This document shows, one piece after another, positions 1-13,801 of a stretch of DNA of 64,000 bases. The position numbers and the translations under genes are program-made. Position 1 is the stretch's first letter. The number at the start of each line of letters is the position of its first letter. This DNA is from Eledone cirrhosa (Eukaryota). The stretch spans positions 110,422,001-110,486,000 of the forward strand of contig OZ024740.1 of the NCBI GenBank assembly GCA_964016885.1, read 5' to 3'. The notes below the pieces were generated by a model. It saw only the letters and a list, made by a program, of their open reading frames with translations. It did not search any database and was not told the DNA's origin.

Positions 1-40
1 CGCACCAAAGTACTCAATACTTAGGGTAGTAGAGTGGGTA

Positions 41-156
41 ATAGGAGTAAGTAAGACCCCGACGGCTGAGCTCAAGCCATTTCGACGGCTAATTCTGTAC
101 AGAATTAGCCGTCGAAACGGCTTGAGCTCAGCCGTCGGGGTCTTACTTACTCCTAT
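41..156. repeat. 116-bp near-perfect palindrome abutting (TA)n; short fold-back element, probably a PLE 3'-end remnant
   Basis: Arms 41-98 and 99-156 are reverse complements with one mismatch, centred on CTGT|ACAG, followed by (TA)n. The unpaired left flank (1-40) matches 16383-16422. Confidence 0.85.
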
Positions 157-774
157 ATATATATATATATATACGAATTGGCCTTAACGCCTCTTGAAAA
201 AATATTATTGAATATTCACTTTGCACGAATAACGCGTTATAACACATGCGGTTTTTAATTTTCTTATTTATAGAAAAAAAAAGACTTGAATTACGCGAAT
301 TTGCTTTACGCACCGCGTTCACGAACGCATCTTCGCGTATATATATATATTATCCGACCTATTTTAGCTATATGCACACGTTTTAACATACATACGTATA
401 TTATTAATAAAAATAAGATTATTATGACAATGTAGAGTAAATAAAACAAATCAAGATAGATAGAAAATATAGTTATTTATGATTAGTCAACTAATCTTTT
501 ACCTGAAAACAATTTACACTTGAGTTTCACTAGGATTTCCTTCTTCGACATGAGTATATTTAGATAAATAATTGTACAATCCTATTGCAGCTATAGTAAA
601 ATATCTTGTTGGGGACATGTTATGGCTTTGTAAACTCGCATAACATTTTGTTTTGCTATGAGCTTAACAGGGAAAATAAGAAACGAACATGAAATAAAAA
701 AAAAGAAATGCCTTATATTTGTTTCGAAATGTACAGTATAGGGAAACATATTATAAGATTCGATAAAATGATGA

Positions 775-805
775 GCTGCTGCTCTTGCTGCTGCTGCTTC
801 TGCTG

Positions 806-868
<63 letters not shown>
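775..868 (+). repeat. (GCT)n/(ACT)n microsatellite
   Basis: Direct reading. Confidence 0.95.
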
Positions 869-869
<1 letters not shown>

Positions 870-1200
870 CAGCATTACACCACATAAATAGACTTTGGTA
901 AACCCACAATCTGCTTAAAGGTAAGGCACCACTTGTAGTGTTAATCTCTCTTTTGAAGCTCATCTCTATTAAAGCTATATTCTCTCTTCCTAAAGAGGGG
1001 CTGTAATTGAACTCAGTGCTGCAAGCTTGCAGGAACACTCGACAACATTACAGTGCTACCATTGCATCAATTAGTGAATTTACATACTCTCCACCTGGAA
1101 GGAATGGGGCTTTTAAATGTTGAGTCTTATCTAGGACACATTGTGTGAGTGTGTATGTATATGTGCATGTCTGCGTATGTGTTAGTGTGTGTGTGTGTGT

Positions 1201-1292
<92 letters not shown>

Positions 1293-1819
1293 TCTCCGTC
1301 GGTTCCAACGACAAGTGTTTGAATTGTTCAAACAAGGGAACATTCAGCTTGTGAAAGTAATGAGCAAGTGGGTAAGCATTCATTCCACAGACATGTTTAT
1401 TCTTAACGTAGTTCTCATAGAGATTCAGAATGACAGTTTGTGACAAGACTCGCTATTTGTCCATATAGATACAACTAATTTGTTGTAGATAACTGATGCA
1501 ACGGGAAATAAAGTGTGTTGCTAAAGGATACAACATCTAATCTTATCTAATCTGGCCGAGTTGACACTCGCAAATAAGAACCAGGGCCGCCCCTAGAAGC
1601 ATTGGATTTGGTGTACTTCATATTTTTTACGGTTGCTGAATATAATCAGGGGTCGTTGCTTCACCTGAAGGTCAATAGTTCTATTCTAACTCGAGCGGGA
1701 GCGCCTTTCCAATGTCAATTTGCATTGATCATCTGCAAAGCCACATTGTTCTCAGAACCACTACACCAGTCTTTCGATGCGTTCAGCTGGAACTACTGTC
1801 AGCCATTGATTTGGCAGGA

Positions 1820-1980
1820 TCGCAACTCATTTCAACAGCTCAGTAAACTGGAGCAACGTGCTCCAGTTCACAACGTCTTCCAGTTCTTGCTCAAGGACAC
1901 AACACATCACCCTGTCTGAGAATCGAACTCACAACCTTTCGTTTGCAAGCCCAATGCTCTAACGACTAAGCCATGCGCCT
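1820..1980 (-). mobile_element. Degraded tRNA-derived CORE-type SINE
   Basis: Reverse complement has an A-box-like TGGCTTAGTCGTT, a B-box GAGTTCGATTC and CORE-like GTGTCCTTGAGCAAG. Confidence 0.6.
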
Positions 1981-2816
1981 TCACCATACAACAAACAGTC
2001 AAGAATCGAAATCACTTCCTAACAATCGTGGACTGAATGCCCTAACCAATAAGCCACGCACATTTACCGAGGACACAATGCAACGACGATAACATGACAA
2101 GAACCAATGCATTCTTAGCAGGTTGTTTGTTACTCCATCCACTCCACTTAAGATCCCTCAATAAAACTCTCAGCTATTCATTTCTTCATTATATCACACT
2201 AAAAGTTCAGGTTGTCACTGTGCCGGGCTCAACGTCACCCAAAACAAATATTCCCTCCCTGGAGTCTACGATGTGCCTGCAAAGTAAATCAACGCTCTTG
2301 CAACGAACCGACCGCAATCACACGCACATAAACATATGCAGACCCACACACACACATACACACGTACACACGTACATACATACACATACACACACAAAAC
2401 ACACACAAACATGGCAGAACCACATGTTCCGGCACCACATCATCCAGTACCGCGCCACCCATCTACACGCTCCTACCATAATATACCCATTCATTACACT
2501 ACCCCATCGGCATATCTTCCTCCAGAGTCACAAACTTGGTTTCGCACTCCAGTATAACTTTTAAGACATACGGGCCCCACTTCCCGAATCACTATCTCCC
2601 CCGGCACCACTCCCTCCGGCACCACATGCTTTCCGGGCCCAAGAACCTCAGCTACACCCACTCACCCAAAAGATACCGTACACCAGTTGTCCCCTACTTA
2701 ATCCCAACAGATATCGTTATCGATCACGTTTCTCCCATATCGTCTTGCATGAAAAACTTTACAAATATTTTCTTTTTCTATCTCAACCACTGGGAAAGAT
2801 TTTTACTGGATATATA

Positions 2817-2964
<148 letters not shown>

Positions 2965-3036
2965 TTAAATCATATTTACGTGTGTATGTGTTTATATATA
3001 TGAAAAAAATGTATATATATATATATATATAGATAA

Positions 3037-3169
<133 letters not shown>

Positions 3170-3212
3170 TAAATCATATTTACGTGTGTATGTGTTTATA
3201 TATATGAAAAAC

Positions 3213-3256
<44 letters not shown>

Positions 3257-3430
3257 TCATATAGTGTGCGCGCGAGAAAGAGAGAGAGAAAGAGTGAGAG
3301 AGCGTGGTGGATAGGAAGAGGGAGAGAGGAAAGTGCTTATTAGAGAGTTAGATAGGTACAGACAAAAAGATATAGGCAGACAGAGAAAAAGATAGATGGA
3401 TTGATAGATACGTATGTTTGACAGACATAC

Positions 3431-3507
<77 letters not shown>

Positions 3508-3659
3508 GAGAGAGAGCGAGTGAGAGAGAGAGAGGGAGATAGATAGATCGGTTGATATACATAATGAGAGGGAGAGAAAGGGAAAATAGAAAGACAGAGA
3601 AACAAAATGTTTGTGAGAAAAAAAAACAAAGAACCAGCAGGAGTAAATAATGCCTATGC

Positions 3660-6039
3660 CTAATACGTGCTCTAGGTAATGAGGGGGCCAAAGCCGTTGG
3701 ATGGGCCCGCGTGACAGAAGCTAAAAGTGGAAATCGATCCACCATCCGGTCGTTGCAAGACGAAGATGGACGAGTGATCCGGGAGCCTAAGCAGATGTGC
3801 GAGGCCTTTCAAAAGCACTTTGCCCGATTGTTCGGGGGAGGCGAGGGTCCGGGCCGGGGCGTGGATTTCGGTCCATACCTCGACGGCCTGCCGCGTCTCT
3901 CGAACAAAGAGGCGGAGTCCTGCGAGGGACCAATCTCGGCTGATGAGATCGGAGATGCGCTGAGCCAATGCAGCAGACGCAAATCTCCAGGTCTCGATGG
4001 TATACCTTACGAACTTTATTTAGCAATGCCGGTCTTCTTCTCCGAACTCCTCGAAGCGGTCTACTGCAATTGGCAGCAGAACGGGAGAATTCCTTGTTCT
4101 GTAGCCAAGGGCGTAGTCACGCTGGTGAGGAAGGACGAGAACAAGGGGGATAGTATAAATAATTTTCGGCCCATAACCCTGCTAAACACAGAGTTAAAGA
4201 TTTTGGCCAAGGTGTTAGCAAAGAGGTTGGCGCTTGTCGTGGGTGGCCTGGTGGGAGATGCGCAGACATGTGCTATCCCATCCAGGTCCATTCACGATAA
4301 CCTCCACCTCATGCGATACATCATAGAGAGGGTTGGCAACAAACCCGGCTTCGGTGGGGCCCTGATCAACTTGGATCAGTCTAAGGCCTTCGATAGGGTC
4401 GACCATGGTTACCTGGATGCGGTGTTAGCGGCGGCTGGGTTCGGTCCTGTTTTCAGAGGCTGGATCACTGCCCTACATAGCAACCACATCTGTTCTAGGA
4501 TCAAGGTGAACGGCTACCTTTCGAAGCCGTTCGAAATCACACGATCCATTCGACAGGGGTGCCCTCTCTCCTCCCTTCTGTACGTATTGACTCTCGAGCC
4601 TTTACTGAGGAAGTTGGAGTTGTTGCAGGGTATCCCCCTGGAACCAGGATTGAGCAAAGCGGTGTCGGCCTACGCCGATGACGTAACAGTAATGGTATCA
4701 ACCGACTCGGAGATCGAGGCGATCGGTACCTTACTGGAGGAGTACGAAAGGTTGTCAGGAGCGAAACTGAACCGGGAAAAATCCATCGGGCTGCAACTCG
4801 GAACGTGGAGAGGCAGACCGATGCCTCCCGATGGTGTCGTCGGACACTGGATGGAGGGCCCGGTAAAGTTGCTTGGGGTCTGGTTTGGACCGGACCTCCA
4901 GGTGGAAAAGAACTGGAACGAGGTTACGAACAAGGTGTTTGCACTAACCCAGAAATGGGCCAAGTGTAAGCTGTCCCTAAAAGGCCGGGCGGAGGTGGCG
5001 AACATTTACATAGCGTCCGTCACTTACTACCGCCTGACTGTCGTGCCTTGCCCTAAGGAAACACTCACCACCATGGAACGCATGCTCTTCCAATTTCTTT
5101 GGAAGAAGCGTCCTCCTATGGTGAGAAGATCCATCTGCTGCCAACAACCTTCGAAAGGAGGGCTGGGGATGCCGTGGTTGATGATGCGTAGGCACGCATT
5201 AAGGCTACGGCACCTACAGGTATTCCTCACTGGTCAACCGGTGTGGGCTCCGTTCGTGAAACGAGCCTTTCCGAGACTCGTCTCACTCACCGAGCTACAG
5301 TCCTGGGTCAAGCAAAGATCCGGAAAACTGGGAGACTGGCACACTGAGTGTGCTCAGGCGCTCAGGGCTCTCTGGCAAGCGGGCCGGGCCATCGGTGGAG
5401 AATCCACCTCATCATTCTATAGAGGGCTGGTGGCTAGCAGGGGCGATGACACCCTGCAATGTCCGGGCGTGGCTGATCTGTGGGGCTACGCCGAACAACT
5501 GCTGTCGCGGGTGGCGCCGATTAAATTGACAGCCGAGTCCGTGATGACAATCAAACCGCCTCCCCTCTTCACAAAGGAAGCAAAGGCGGTTTTTCTGTGC
5601 GTAATAGCCATGTTGAAAGAGGTTGTTTGGTGGACACGATTGAAAGGTCTGAGGTCAGGCAACTTCCTCTCTGGCCATAGTCTGGTCTACTTCTTCCGAT
5701 ATCACTTCGGAAGAAGGATAAGAATGGAGAGAGAGGTGCTTGGCCACAGGCAGTTTTATGAAAGGTGGGTGATAGTGGCGAGAATGGCTCGTGTAAATGG
5801 GCCTTCTCTGTATACCATCCTGTAGGTAAAGAAGTAAAGGAGAGGGGAGCACCTTCTCCATGTGCTCCCCGGGCAAAGGATTGCACACTTTTTCGGGGGT
5901 GTGTGCAACCCCCATCACGTCCCCTCCCTTTTGAGGTTATTTTCGATTATTTTCATGTTACACCCTTTTTACTCGATTATATGTAAACTCCCCCTTTGTA
6001 TTTGTCCCTTCTTTTTATGCCTTTATGGTAAATAAAGAA

Positions 6040-6040
<1 letters not shown>
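3660..6040 (+). mobile_element. Tx1-clade (L1 group) non-LTR retrotransposon, copy 1, 5'-truncated
   Basis: RT ORF, then 3'UTR with AATAAA at 6031-6036 and (TATC)n at 6041-6123. No endonuclease or ORF1 upstream. Confidence 0.93.
3711..5825 (+). CDS. Truncated ORF2 reverse transcriptase of Tx1 copy 1 (open frame, in-frame deletion near 5456)
   Basis: Motifs KSPGLDG, NFRPITLLN, DQSKAFDRV, RQGCPLS, YADD, KGGLG. About 76 codons present in copies 2 and 3, including the CPRC zinc-finger half, are missing. Confidence 0.9.
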   Translation: MTEAKSGNRSTIRSLQDEDGRVIREPKQMCEAFQKHFARLFGGGEGPGRGVDFGPYLDGLPRLSNKEAESCEGPISADEIGDALSQCSRRKSPGLDGIPYELYLAMPVFFSELLEAVYCNWQQNGRIPCSVAKGVVTLVRKDENKGDSINNFRPITLLNTELKILAKVLAKRLALVVGGLVGDAQTCAIPSRSIHDNLHLMRYIIERVGNKPGFGGALINLDQSKAFDRVDHGYLDAVLAAAGFGPVFRGWITALHSNHICSRIKVNGYLSKPFEITRSIRQGCPLSSLLYVLTLEPLLRKLELLQGIPLEPGLSKAVSAYADDVTVMVSTDSEIEAIGTLLEEYERLSGAKLNREKSIGLQLGTWRGRPMPPDGVVGHWMEGPVKLLGVWFGPDLQVEKNWNEVTNKVFALTQKWAKCKLSLKGRAEVANIYIASVTYYRLTVVPCPKETLTTMERMLFQFLWKKRPPMVRRSICCQQPSKGGLGMPWLMMRRHALRLRHLQVFLTGQPVWAPFVKRAFPRLVSLTELQSWVKQRSGKLGDWHTECAQALRALWQAGRAIGGESTSSFYRGLVASRGDDTLQCPGVADLWGYAEQLLSRVAPIKLTAESVMTIKPPPLFTKEAKAVFLCVIAMLKEVVWWTRLKGLRSGNFLSGHSLVYFFRYHFGRRIRMEREVLGHRQFYERWVIVARMARVNGPSLYTIL

Positions 6041-6123
<83 letters not shown>
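6041..6123 (+). repeat. (TATC)n tract between Tx1 copies 1 and 2
   Basis: About 21 perfect units. Confidence 0.97.
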
Positions 6124-6322
6124 CGGAGAAGATAGACGCGTTTTTGTTTCGCTCCTGCATTTTGTCGGAATTTATTACGAGAAGCAGTAGGTCTGTTTAA
6201 GTAATTTGTTATTAGTTGTGTTTAACCCCTCGCCCGGGCCTAAATGGGTAAAATAAATTTCGCCCCTATTTGGGGCGAAATTTAATAGTTATAAGTTGTC
6301 GATAAAAAGTCGTTTAGTGACA

Positions 6323-8110
6323 ATGGACGCCATTAATACGACGCATGCCACGCCTCCAAGGACAGTGATAGAGAGAAGGTAGCAGCACAATGCTGTAAGC
6401 CTTCCCTCCTAACTCCCGCAAAAGACACCACGGAATCAAAAGAAAAAATTGTGGAAATGGGTGAAAACCCCAAAAGTAACAATTACACAAACAAGAACAA
6501 CAATGACAATATCAACACAACCAACAACAGCAATAATGACAACACCAACAAAGGAAAAAAGCAAGCCAACACGAATAACAACAACAGCTATGATAATAAC
6601 ACGAAAGAAAACGGACCCACAGCTGCAGTCTCCTTCGCACAAGCGGTCTGAGAAACGCAGACATACAAGGCACTGGACATCTCGAATGCCAAGAAATTGC
6701 TGAAAGAAGCAAGGAATTGTGTAAATTTCGGAGAAGGTGGGAAATTCACAATTACCTCCCCCGAAGAAATTAGAAGGGACACAGTCCTCAGGACTGTAAT
6801 CTTTAGGACAGTTTCGAACACGACTAGGAAACCGGCCCAATTATCCCAAAGCGAAATTGAGCTGGTCCTAAGTAGTTCCTGGAACGATATCGCTTTCATA
6901 CAGAAAGGGAAACTGTATGGAAGCATATCTGTTTTAATGCAAGATGAATTGACGGCACGGAAATATTCTGTGTCGCCAATTGTATCCAAAGCATACACCT
7001 TTTCCCCCACATATTTGGGGAAAAGAACTCAAAAGATAAGAATCTCGAGCATCAGGCCAAATGCGAGCATTTTGTGGGTGCTAACGGGATTCTTAGAAGA
7101 TGAGGGCACAATCCTTTCGATAGGCGAATCCACCGGGGGCGTATTCGGCGGCAATAGCCTTGAAGTTCTGGTCCAAATGAGACCAGAACGGATAGCAAGA
7201 ATACCGCAGCGTGTGTCCCTGGATGGAGTCGGCTTCATAAACATTTCTGTTGAGCGCAGGCGGCCTTCATTCTACCACTGTTCAAGAAGTGGTCACCTGA
7301 GGGCTTCCTGTCCCCTTCTAAATGCCCCCCTCCCGCCCCCCAAAAAGACGCTTCTGCCCACCCCACACACAACAACACAACCACCACCACCACCACAACA
7401 ACAACAACACGAAAAAATAACAATACAAGACACTGTCCCACCCAACCTCTACCCACCTAAAACAAATACAAAAGCAATCACAACAAAACCCCAAAATATA
7501 CCCCTCCCCAACAACACGGACGAGGACCCCTTATCAACGTCACCCAGTGACGACGAGGGAGAACCCTTTCAACCTGTAAAATTAAAGAAAAGAAGGCACC
7601 ACATTAACAAAAATGCAACAAACACACAACCACCAGCACAAACCGAACAAACATCACAAACAAAAAAAACCTACCCCTCCCGAAAACATAACACATACTA
7701 CAAAGCGCAAACACACACAAGAACAACAAACAAAAACAAACACAACACAACAAAAACAGTATACATACATCAACACAAATAACAAAACACTTATGCAAAC
7801 AATAGACAAAGACCCTTCGGTGGAAACCAAAGGGAAAATGTTCACAAACGCGGCGACTAAACCGCATTTAAAAATGATTAGGGTCCCAAGGGACACCTAC
7901 GCAATGCTCAAACAGAACTTTCCCGAGGACGTGGGGAACCCCTGTACTAGACATAGCAACCGCGTCCTCTTGGAATGTTTCCCCACCATCACCCCAGACA
8001 CCCCTCCCCCACCAAATACCCCACCACCCACACACTCATGTCCCCACCACATCCCAAACCACCACCCCACCAAACAACCCCACCGAAACCCCCATGGAAA
8101 TTGTGCAGCC
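6323..8110 (+). pseudogene. ORF1 (gag-like RNA-binding protein) of Tx1 copy 2, disrupted; longest open part 6697-7782
   Basis: Lies upstream of the APE domain. SFAQAV motif near 6630, degenerate zinc knuckle FYHCSRSGHLRASC, low-complexity Pro/Thr/Lys tail, internal stops. Ends approximate. Confidence 0.7.
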
Positions 8111-8178
8111 TGGTCCCCAGGAGAAGGACAGGTAGGTCTCTTTTCCTTTTTCTCCACTCTAAACTCTTCACCACCAAC

Positions 8179-11163
8179 ATGGCTGTTATAAGAGTTGGAT
8201 GTTTAAATGTGCGCGGCCTGGGGATGTCCTGGAAGCAGGGCAAACTCTTAAATGACCTGAGGTCGCACATAATGGATGTGATAGCTATTTGCGAGTCCAG
8301 CATCAGCAGCGAGCACCAACTGGCCCCATCTTCGACGACTTTGAGATCTATGCATCTCTCTGTCAGCCGGGGGGTGGGGGCGGGGTGGTCCTTCTGCTGC
8401 GAAAACACCTGGGCCTCGCAACACGGAAGGTACACCTGGATCCGGAGGGTCGACTGGTGGTTCTAGACGTAGGCAGTAGTGAAGGTGGAGCCTTCAGGCT
8501 GGTAGCAGCGTTTCCCCATCTGGGACACCGCGACCGGACTTCTTCCAACGCCTAGAGACTTTTCTGGGAACGTGTCGCCCCTTGCTTTTAGTGGGGGACT
8601 GGAATGGTATCCTGGATGCACGTTGGGACTATGTTGGGGCATGTCCCTATAGAGTGGGGTGTAACAGCCTCAAACGGTTAATCGACCGATTTGATCTGGT
8701 CGATAGATATCGATTAGATTTTCCGACTGTGCCACTGTGGACGTGGACTAATCTCAGCAGAACATCTAGGTCGTACCTAGATAGGTTCCTAGTTAGAAAT
8801 AAGGATAGGGACAAATATAACTGTCCACGAATGTTCATGGTTGACTATTCGGATCACAAGTTGCTGACCGGAGTGGTCAACCTTGGTAGAACCCATAGAC
8901 AAGGACCCCGTTACTGGAAGCTAAACTTGTCCTTACCGACAAACAAAGCTTACAGTAAGTGGATTAGCACTCTAGTTAAGCAGCGGCGCTTTGCACGACT
9001 TTTCGGGAGGGGCGGCGGGCCGGGCGAGGCCATGGATTTCGGTCCATACCTCGACGGTCTGCCGCGGCTCTCGGACGGGGAGGCGAAGTCCTGCGAAAGG
9101 CCGATTTCAGCCGCTGAAATAAGGGAAGCGCTGAGCCTATGCGGCAAACCCAAATCTCCCGGTCTCGATAGTCTACCATACGAACTTTATGTAGCGATAC
9201 CGGACTTGTTCTCCTATCTCCTCGAGGCAGTCTACTGCAATTGGCAACAGAACGGGAGAATTCCCAGTTCTGTGACCAAGGGCGTAGTCACGCTGGTGAG
9301 GAAGGCGAGAACAAGGGGGATGACATAGATAACTTCAGGCTATCAACTCTGCTAAACACAGAGTTAAAGATTTTGGCCAAGGTGTTAGCGAAGAGGTTGG
9401 CGCTTGTCGTCGGGAACCTGGTGGGAGAAGCGCAGACATGCGCAATCCCGTCCAGGTCCATACATGACAACCTCCACCTCATGCAATACATCGTAGAGAG
9501 GGTAGGGAACGAACCCGGATTTGGTGGGGCCCTGATCAACTTGGATCAATCTAAGGCATTCGATAGGGTCGACCATCGCTACCTGGATGCGGTGCTCGCG
9601 GCGGCAGGCTGCGGACCCGTTTTCAGGGGTTGGATTGCTGCAATGCACAGCAGCAATAACTGCTCGAGGGTCAAGGTGAACGGCTACCTCTCGGAGCCGT
9701 TCCAAATGGCGTGATCCATCCGACCGGGATGCCCTCTCTCCTCCTTTCTGTATGTGCTGGCTCTCGAGCCACTACTGCGGAAGTTGGAGCTGTTGCAGGG
9801 AATCCCCTTGGAACCGGGATTGCGGAAAGCGGTGTCGGCCTACGCCGATGACGTGACAGTAATGATGTCGTGCGCCTCGGAAACCGGGCAGATCGGCACC
9901 TTACTGGAGGAATACGAAAGGTTTACAGGAGCCAAGCTGAACCGGGACAAGTCCGTCGGTTTGCAACTCGGAACGTGGAGAGGCAAACCGATGCCCTCCG
10001 ACGGCGTCGTCGGACGCTGGACAGAGGGACCGGTGAAGCTGCTCGGGATCTGGTTCGGACCGGACCTCCATGTGGAGAAAAACTGGGCCGAATGCAAACT
10101 ATCCCTGAAAGGTCGAGCGGAGGTGGTGAACCCTTATATAGCGTCCGTCATCTACTACCGCTTGACCGTCGTGCCTTGCCCAGCGAAAATGCTCGCCAAA
10201 ATGGAGCGCGCTCTTCCGATTCCTTTGGAAGAAGCGGGCCCCTTTGGTGAGAAGATTCATCTGCTGTCAACACCCTTCGAACGGAGGGATGGGTGTGCCG
10301 TGGTTGAAGATGCGTAGACACGCATTAAGGCTACGGCACATCCAGGTATTCCTCACCGGTCAGCCGGTGTGGACCCCTTTTGTGAGGCAAGCCTTTCTGA
10401 GACTCGTCTGACTCACCGAGCTGCAATCCTGGGTCAAGCAAAGACCGAGAAAAGTGGGCGACTGGCACATTGAATGTGCCCAGGCACTTACGGCCCTCTG
10501 GCAAGCGGATCCGGCAATCAGTGGAGACTCAACCTCAATATTCTATAGAGGGTTGGTGCGCAGCAAGTGCGACGACGCTCTCGGAGAGGCTCTGGGCATG
10601 GAGGAAGACGAGCTAGCCAGTCTGTTTGGTAGGACGTTTGGCCCGGGACCGATGGACAACTTCCAAAAGTCCCTGGCTTGGCAGTGCTACCGAGGAGCTC
10701 TACCCGTTCGGGAAAAGCTTTACAGACACGGGCGCCTGGGTAGGGACCCCTCGAAGAAGATCTGTCCGAGATGCGTGCGTGACGAGGAAACCGTCGCGCA
10801 CGCATTCGTACACTGCTCGGGCGTTGCTGACCTGTGGGGCTATGTGGAACGACTACTGTCGCGGGTGACCACCGAGTACATTGTCACGATCAAATCGCTT
10901 CCCCCTTCAAAAACGAAGGAGATGCGGTTTTCCTCTGTGTGATAGCTATGGCGAAAGAGGTTGTATGGTGGACGATGTTGAAAGGGCTGAGGTCAGACAC
11001 TTTTCTCTCCGGCCAACAACTGGTTCTTTTTTTCAAGTACCATTTTAGAAGAAGGATCAGAATGGAGAGAAAGGTGCTCTACCCCAGCAAGTTTTACGAA
11101 AGGTGGGTGAAAGTGGCGAGAATGGCCCGAGTGAATGGGCCTTCTCTCTATATCAGCTTGTAG
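8179..11163 (+). pseudogene. ORF2 (APE endonuclease + RT + zinc finger) of Tx1 copy 2, with frameshifts, stops and deletions
   Basis: MAVIRVGCLNVRGL start, GDWN, SYLDRFL, SDH (APE motifs); KAFDRV and YADD (RT); CPRC...ETVAHAFVHC. Split across several frames. Confidence 0.92.
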
Positions 11164-11414
11164 GTGAGAGAGGAGAGGAAGGAGGAGAGGAAGGGAGCAC
11201 CCGCTCTTGTGTTCCTGAGGAGGAGGGTTGCACATTTTTTTCGGGGGTGTGTGCGAACCACGTCAACGCCCCCTCCCTATTGAGGACTTCAATTATTGAA
11301 TTTTATTTGTTAAATGTTTTTACACGACCTTTGAAATGTATGTAACCCCTCCCCCCCCCAACCTTGTATTTGTCCCAATCCTTGATGCCCTGGTGGCAAA
11401 TAAATAGAAAGTTT

Positions 11415-11462
<48 letters not shown>

Positions 11463-13801
11463 GGCAAAATGTGGCAACTCGTCCACAATTCGGTCTTTGA
11501 AAGCCCAAAACGGACGCGTGCTACTTGACCCCAAGCAAATGTGCGCGGACTTTCAGCGGCACTTTGCGCGACTGTTTGAGCAGAACGACGGTGAGCCGAA
11601 CGGGGCAATGGACTTTAGTTCATACCTCGACGGCCTGCCGCGTCTCTCGTACACGGACGCCGAGTTCTGCAAAAGACCGATCACGGACACTGAGATACGG
11701 GACGCTCTGGGCCGCTGCGGGAAACGCAAGTCACCCGGTCTAGATGGTCTACCCTACGAGTTTTACATAGGCATGCCGGACTTGTTCTCTGGCGTCCTCG
11801 AAGCCGTCTACTGCAATTGGCAGCAGAACGGGAGAATTCCTAGTTCTGCAGGCAAGGGCGTAGTAACGCTGATCAGGAAAGACGAGAACAAGGGGGACGA
11901 AATTAACAACTTCAGACCCATAAACTCTGCTCAACACAGAGTTAAAGATTTTGGCCAAGGTGCTAGCGACGAGGTTGGCGCTTGTCGTCGAGAACCTGGT
12001 AGGGAAAGCGCAAACGTGTGCAATCCCGACCAGGTCCATACACGACAACCTTCACCTCATGCGATACATCACAGAGAGGGTGGGTAGTAAACCCAGCTTC
12101 GGTGGGGCTCTGATCAACTTGGAGCAGTGTAAGGCATTCGATAGGGTCGACCATCGATACTTGGAAGCGGTTCTCAAGGCGGCCGGTTTCGGTCCCGTGT
12201 TCAGAGGACGGATCGAGGCGATGCACACCAGCATCTGCTCGAGGGTCAAGGTGAACGGCTACCTATCGGAGCCGTTCGCAATCACGCGTTCCATTCGACA
12301 GGGGTGCCCTCTCTCCTCCATTCTGTATGTATTGACTCTAGAGCCACTACTGCGGAAATTGGAGCTGTTGCAGGGCATCCCTCTAGAACCGGGATTGCGG
12401 AAAGCGGCGTCGGCTTATGCCGACGACGTGAGGATAATGGTGTCGAGCACCTCGGAAATCGGGGTCATCGGCAACTTACTGAAAGAATACGAAACGCTGA
12501 CGGGAGCAAAACTAAACCCGGAGAAATCTGTCGGTTTGCAACTCGGTACGTGGAGAGGCAAACCGATGACGTCCGACAGCGTCGTTGGACGCTGGACGGA
12601 CGGACCGGTGAAATTGCTCGGGGTCTGGTTCGGTCCAGACCTCCAGGTGGAGAAAAACTGGAACGAGGTCACGGCCAAGGTGTTTGCACTCACCCAGAAG
12701 TGGGCAGAGTGCAAACTCTCCTTGAAAGGTCGAGCGGAGGTGGCTAACACTTTCATAGCGTCCGTCATCTACTACCGCTTGACTGTCGTGCCTTGTCCCC
12801 GTGAACACCTCGCCAAGATGGAACGCATGCTCTTCCAGTTTCTGTGGAAGAAGCAGGATCCACTGGTGAAGAGATCCGTCTGCTGTCAGCACCCTTCCAA
12901 CGGAGGGCTGAGAATGCCGTGGCTGATGATGCGCAAACATGCGCTGAGGTTGCGGCATCTCCAGATATTCCTCACCGACCCCCAACCGGTGTGGGCACCG
13001 TTTGTGAGACAGGCTTTCCCACAGGTCGTCTCTCTGACGGAGCTGCAGTCCTGGGTGAAGAAAAGACCGAAAACGATGGGCGCCTGGCACACTGAATGCG
13101 CTCAGGCGCTCACAGTCCTCTGGCAAGCGGGCGCAGGAATCAGTGGAGACTCCACTTCGACATTCTATAGAGGGATTGTACGCTACAAGGGCGACGACGT
13201 GCTCGGAGAGACTCTGGGCGTCGAAGTCGATGAGCTCACCAGTCTATTCGGTAGGACTTTCCGCCCGGGACCTATGGACAACTTCCAGAGGTCCCTGTCC
13301 TGGCAGTGCTACCGAGGAGCTCTACCGGTTCGTGACAAGATCTACAGGCACGGACGCCCCGACAGGGATCCTTCCAAGAGGTCGTGTCCAAGATGCGCGC
13401 AGGACATTGAAACAGCCCTGCACGCAATTGTACACTGCCCGGGCGTAACTGACCTGTAGAACTATGCAGAACAACTGCTGTCGCGTATGGAACAAATCCA
13501 GTTGACTGCCCAGTCCATAGTAAGGATCAAACCACCAGCCTCTTTCAAAAACGAAAGAGAGGCGGTTTTCCTCTGTACGGTGGCTATGGTGAAAGAAGTT
13601 ATATGGTGGACGAGGTTGAGAGGACTGAGGAGAGATGCCTTTCTCTCCGGACAACAATTGATTCCCTTCTTTAAGTATCACTTTAGAAGGAGAATCAGGA
13701 TGGAGAGAGAGGCACTGCACCCCAGTAAATTTAGTGAAAGGTGGGTGAATGAAGCAAAAATGGCCCGAGTGATTGTGCCTTCTCTGTTTATAAGCCTGTA
13801 G
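11463..13801 (+). pseudogene. ORF2 RT remnant of Tx1 copy 3
   Basis: RT motifs as in copies 1 and 2; frameshift near 11922 and premature TAG at 13457-13459. Confidence 0.9.

Larger units (their letters stand above)
6124..11414 (+). mobile_element. Tx1-clade retrotransposon, copy 2, apparently full-length but decayed
   Basis: 5'UTR from 6124, ORF1, APE-RT ORF2, 3'UTR, AATAAA at 11399-11404, (TATC)n at 11415-11462. Confidence 0.93.

Noticed and set aside
581-926. Splice-like signals (TTGCAG at 585-590, AG|GTAAGG at 919-926; also TTTTGCAG near 26004)
   Set aside because: No open, recognisable exon; host exons cannot be excluded without RNA data.
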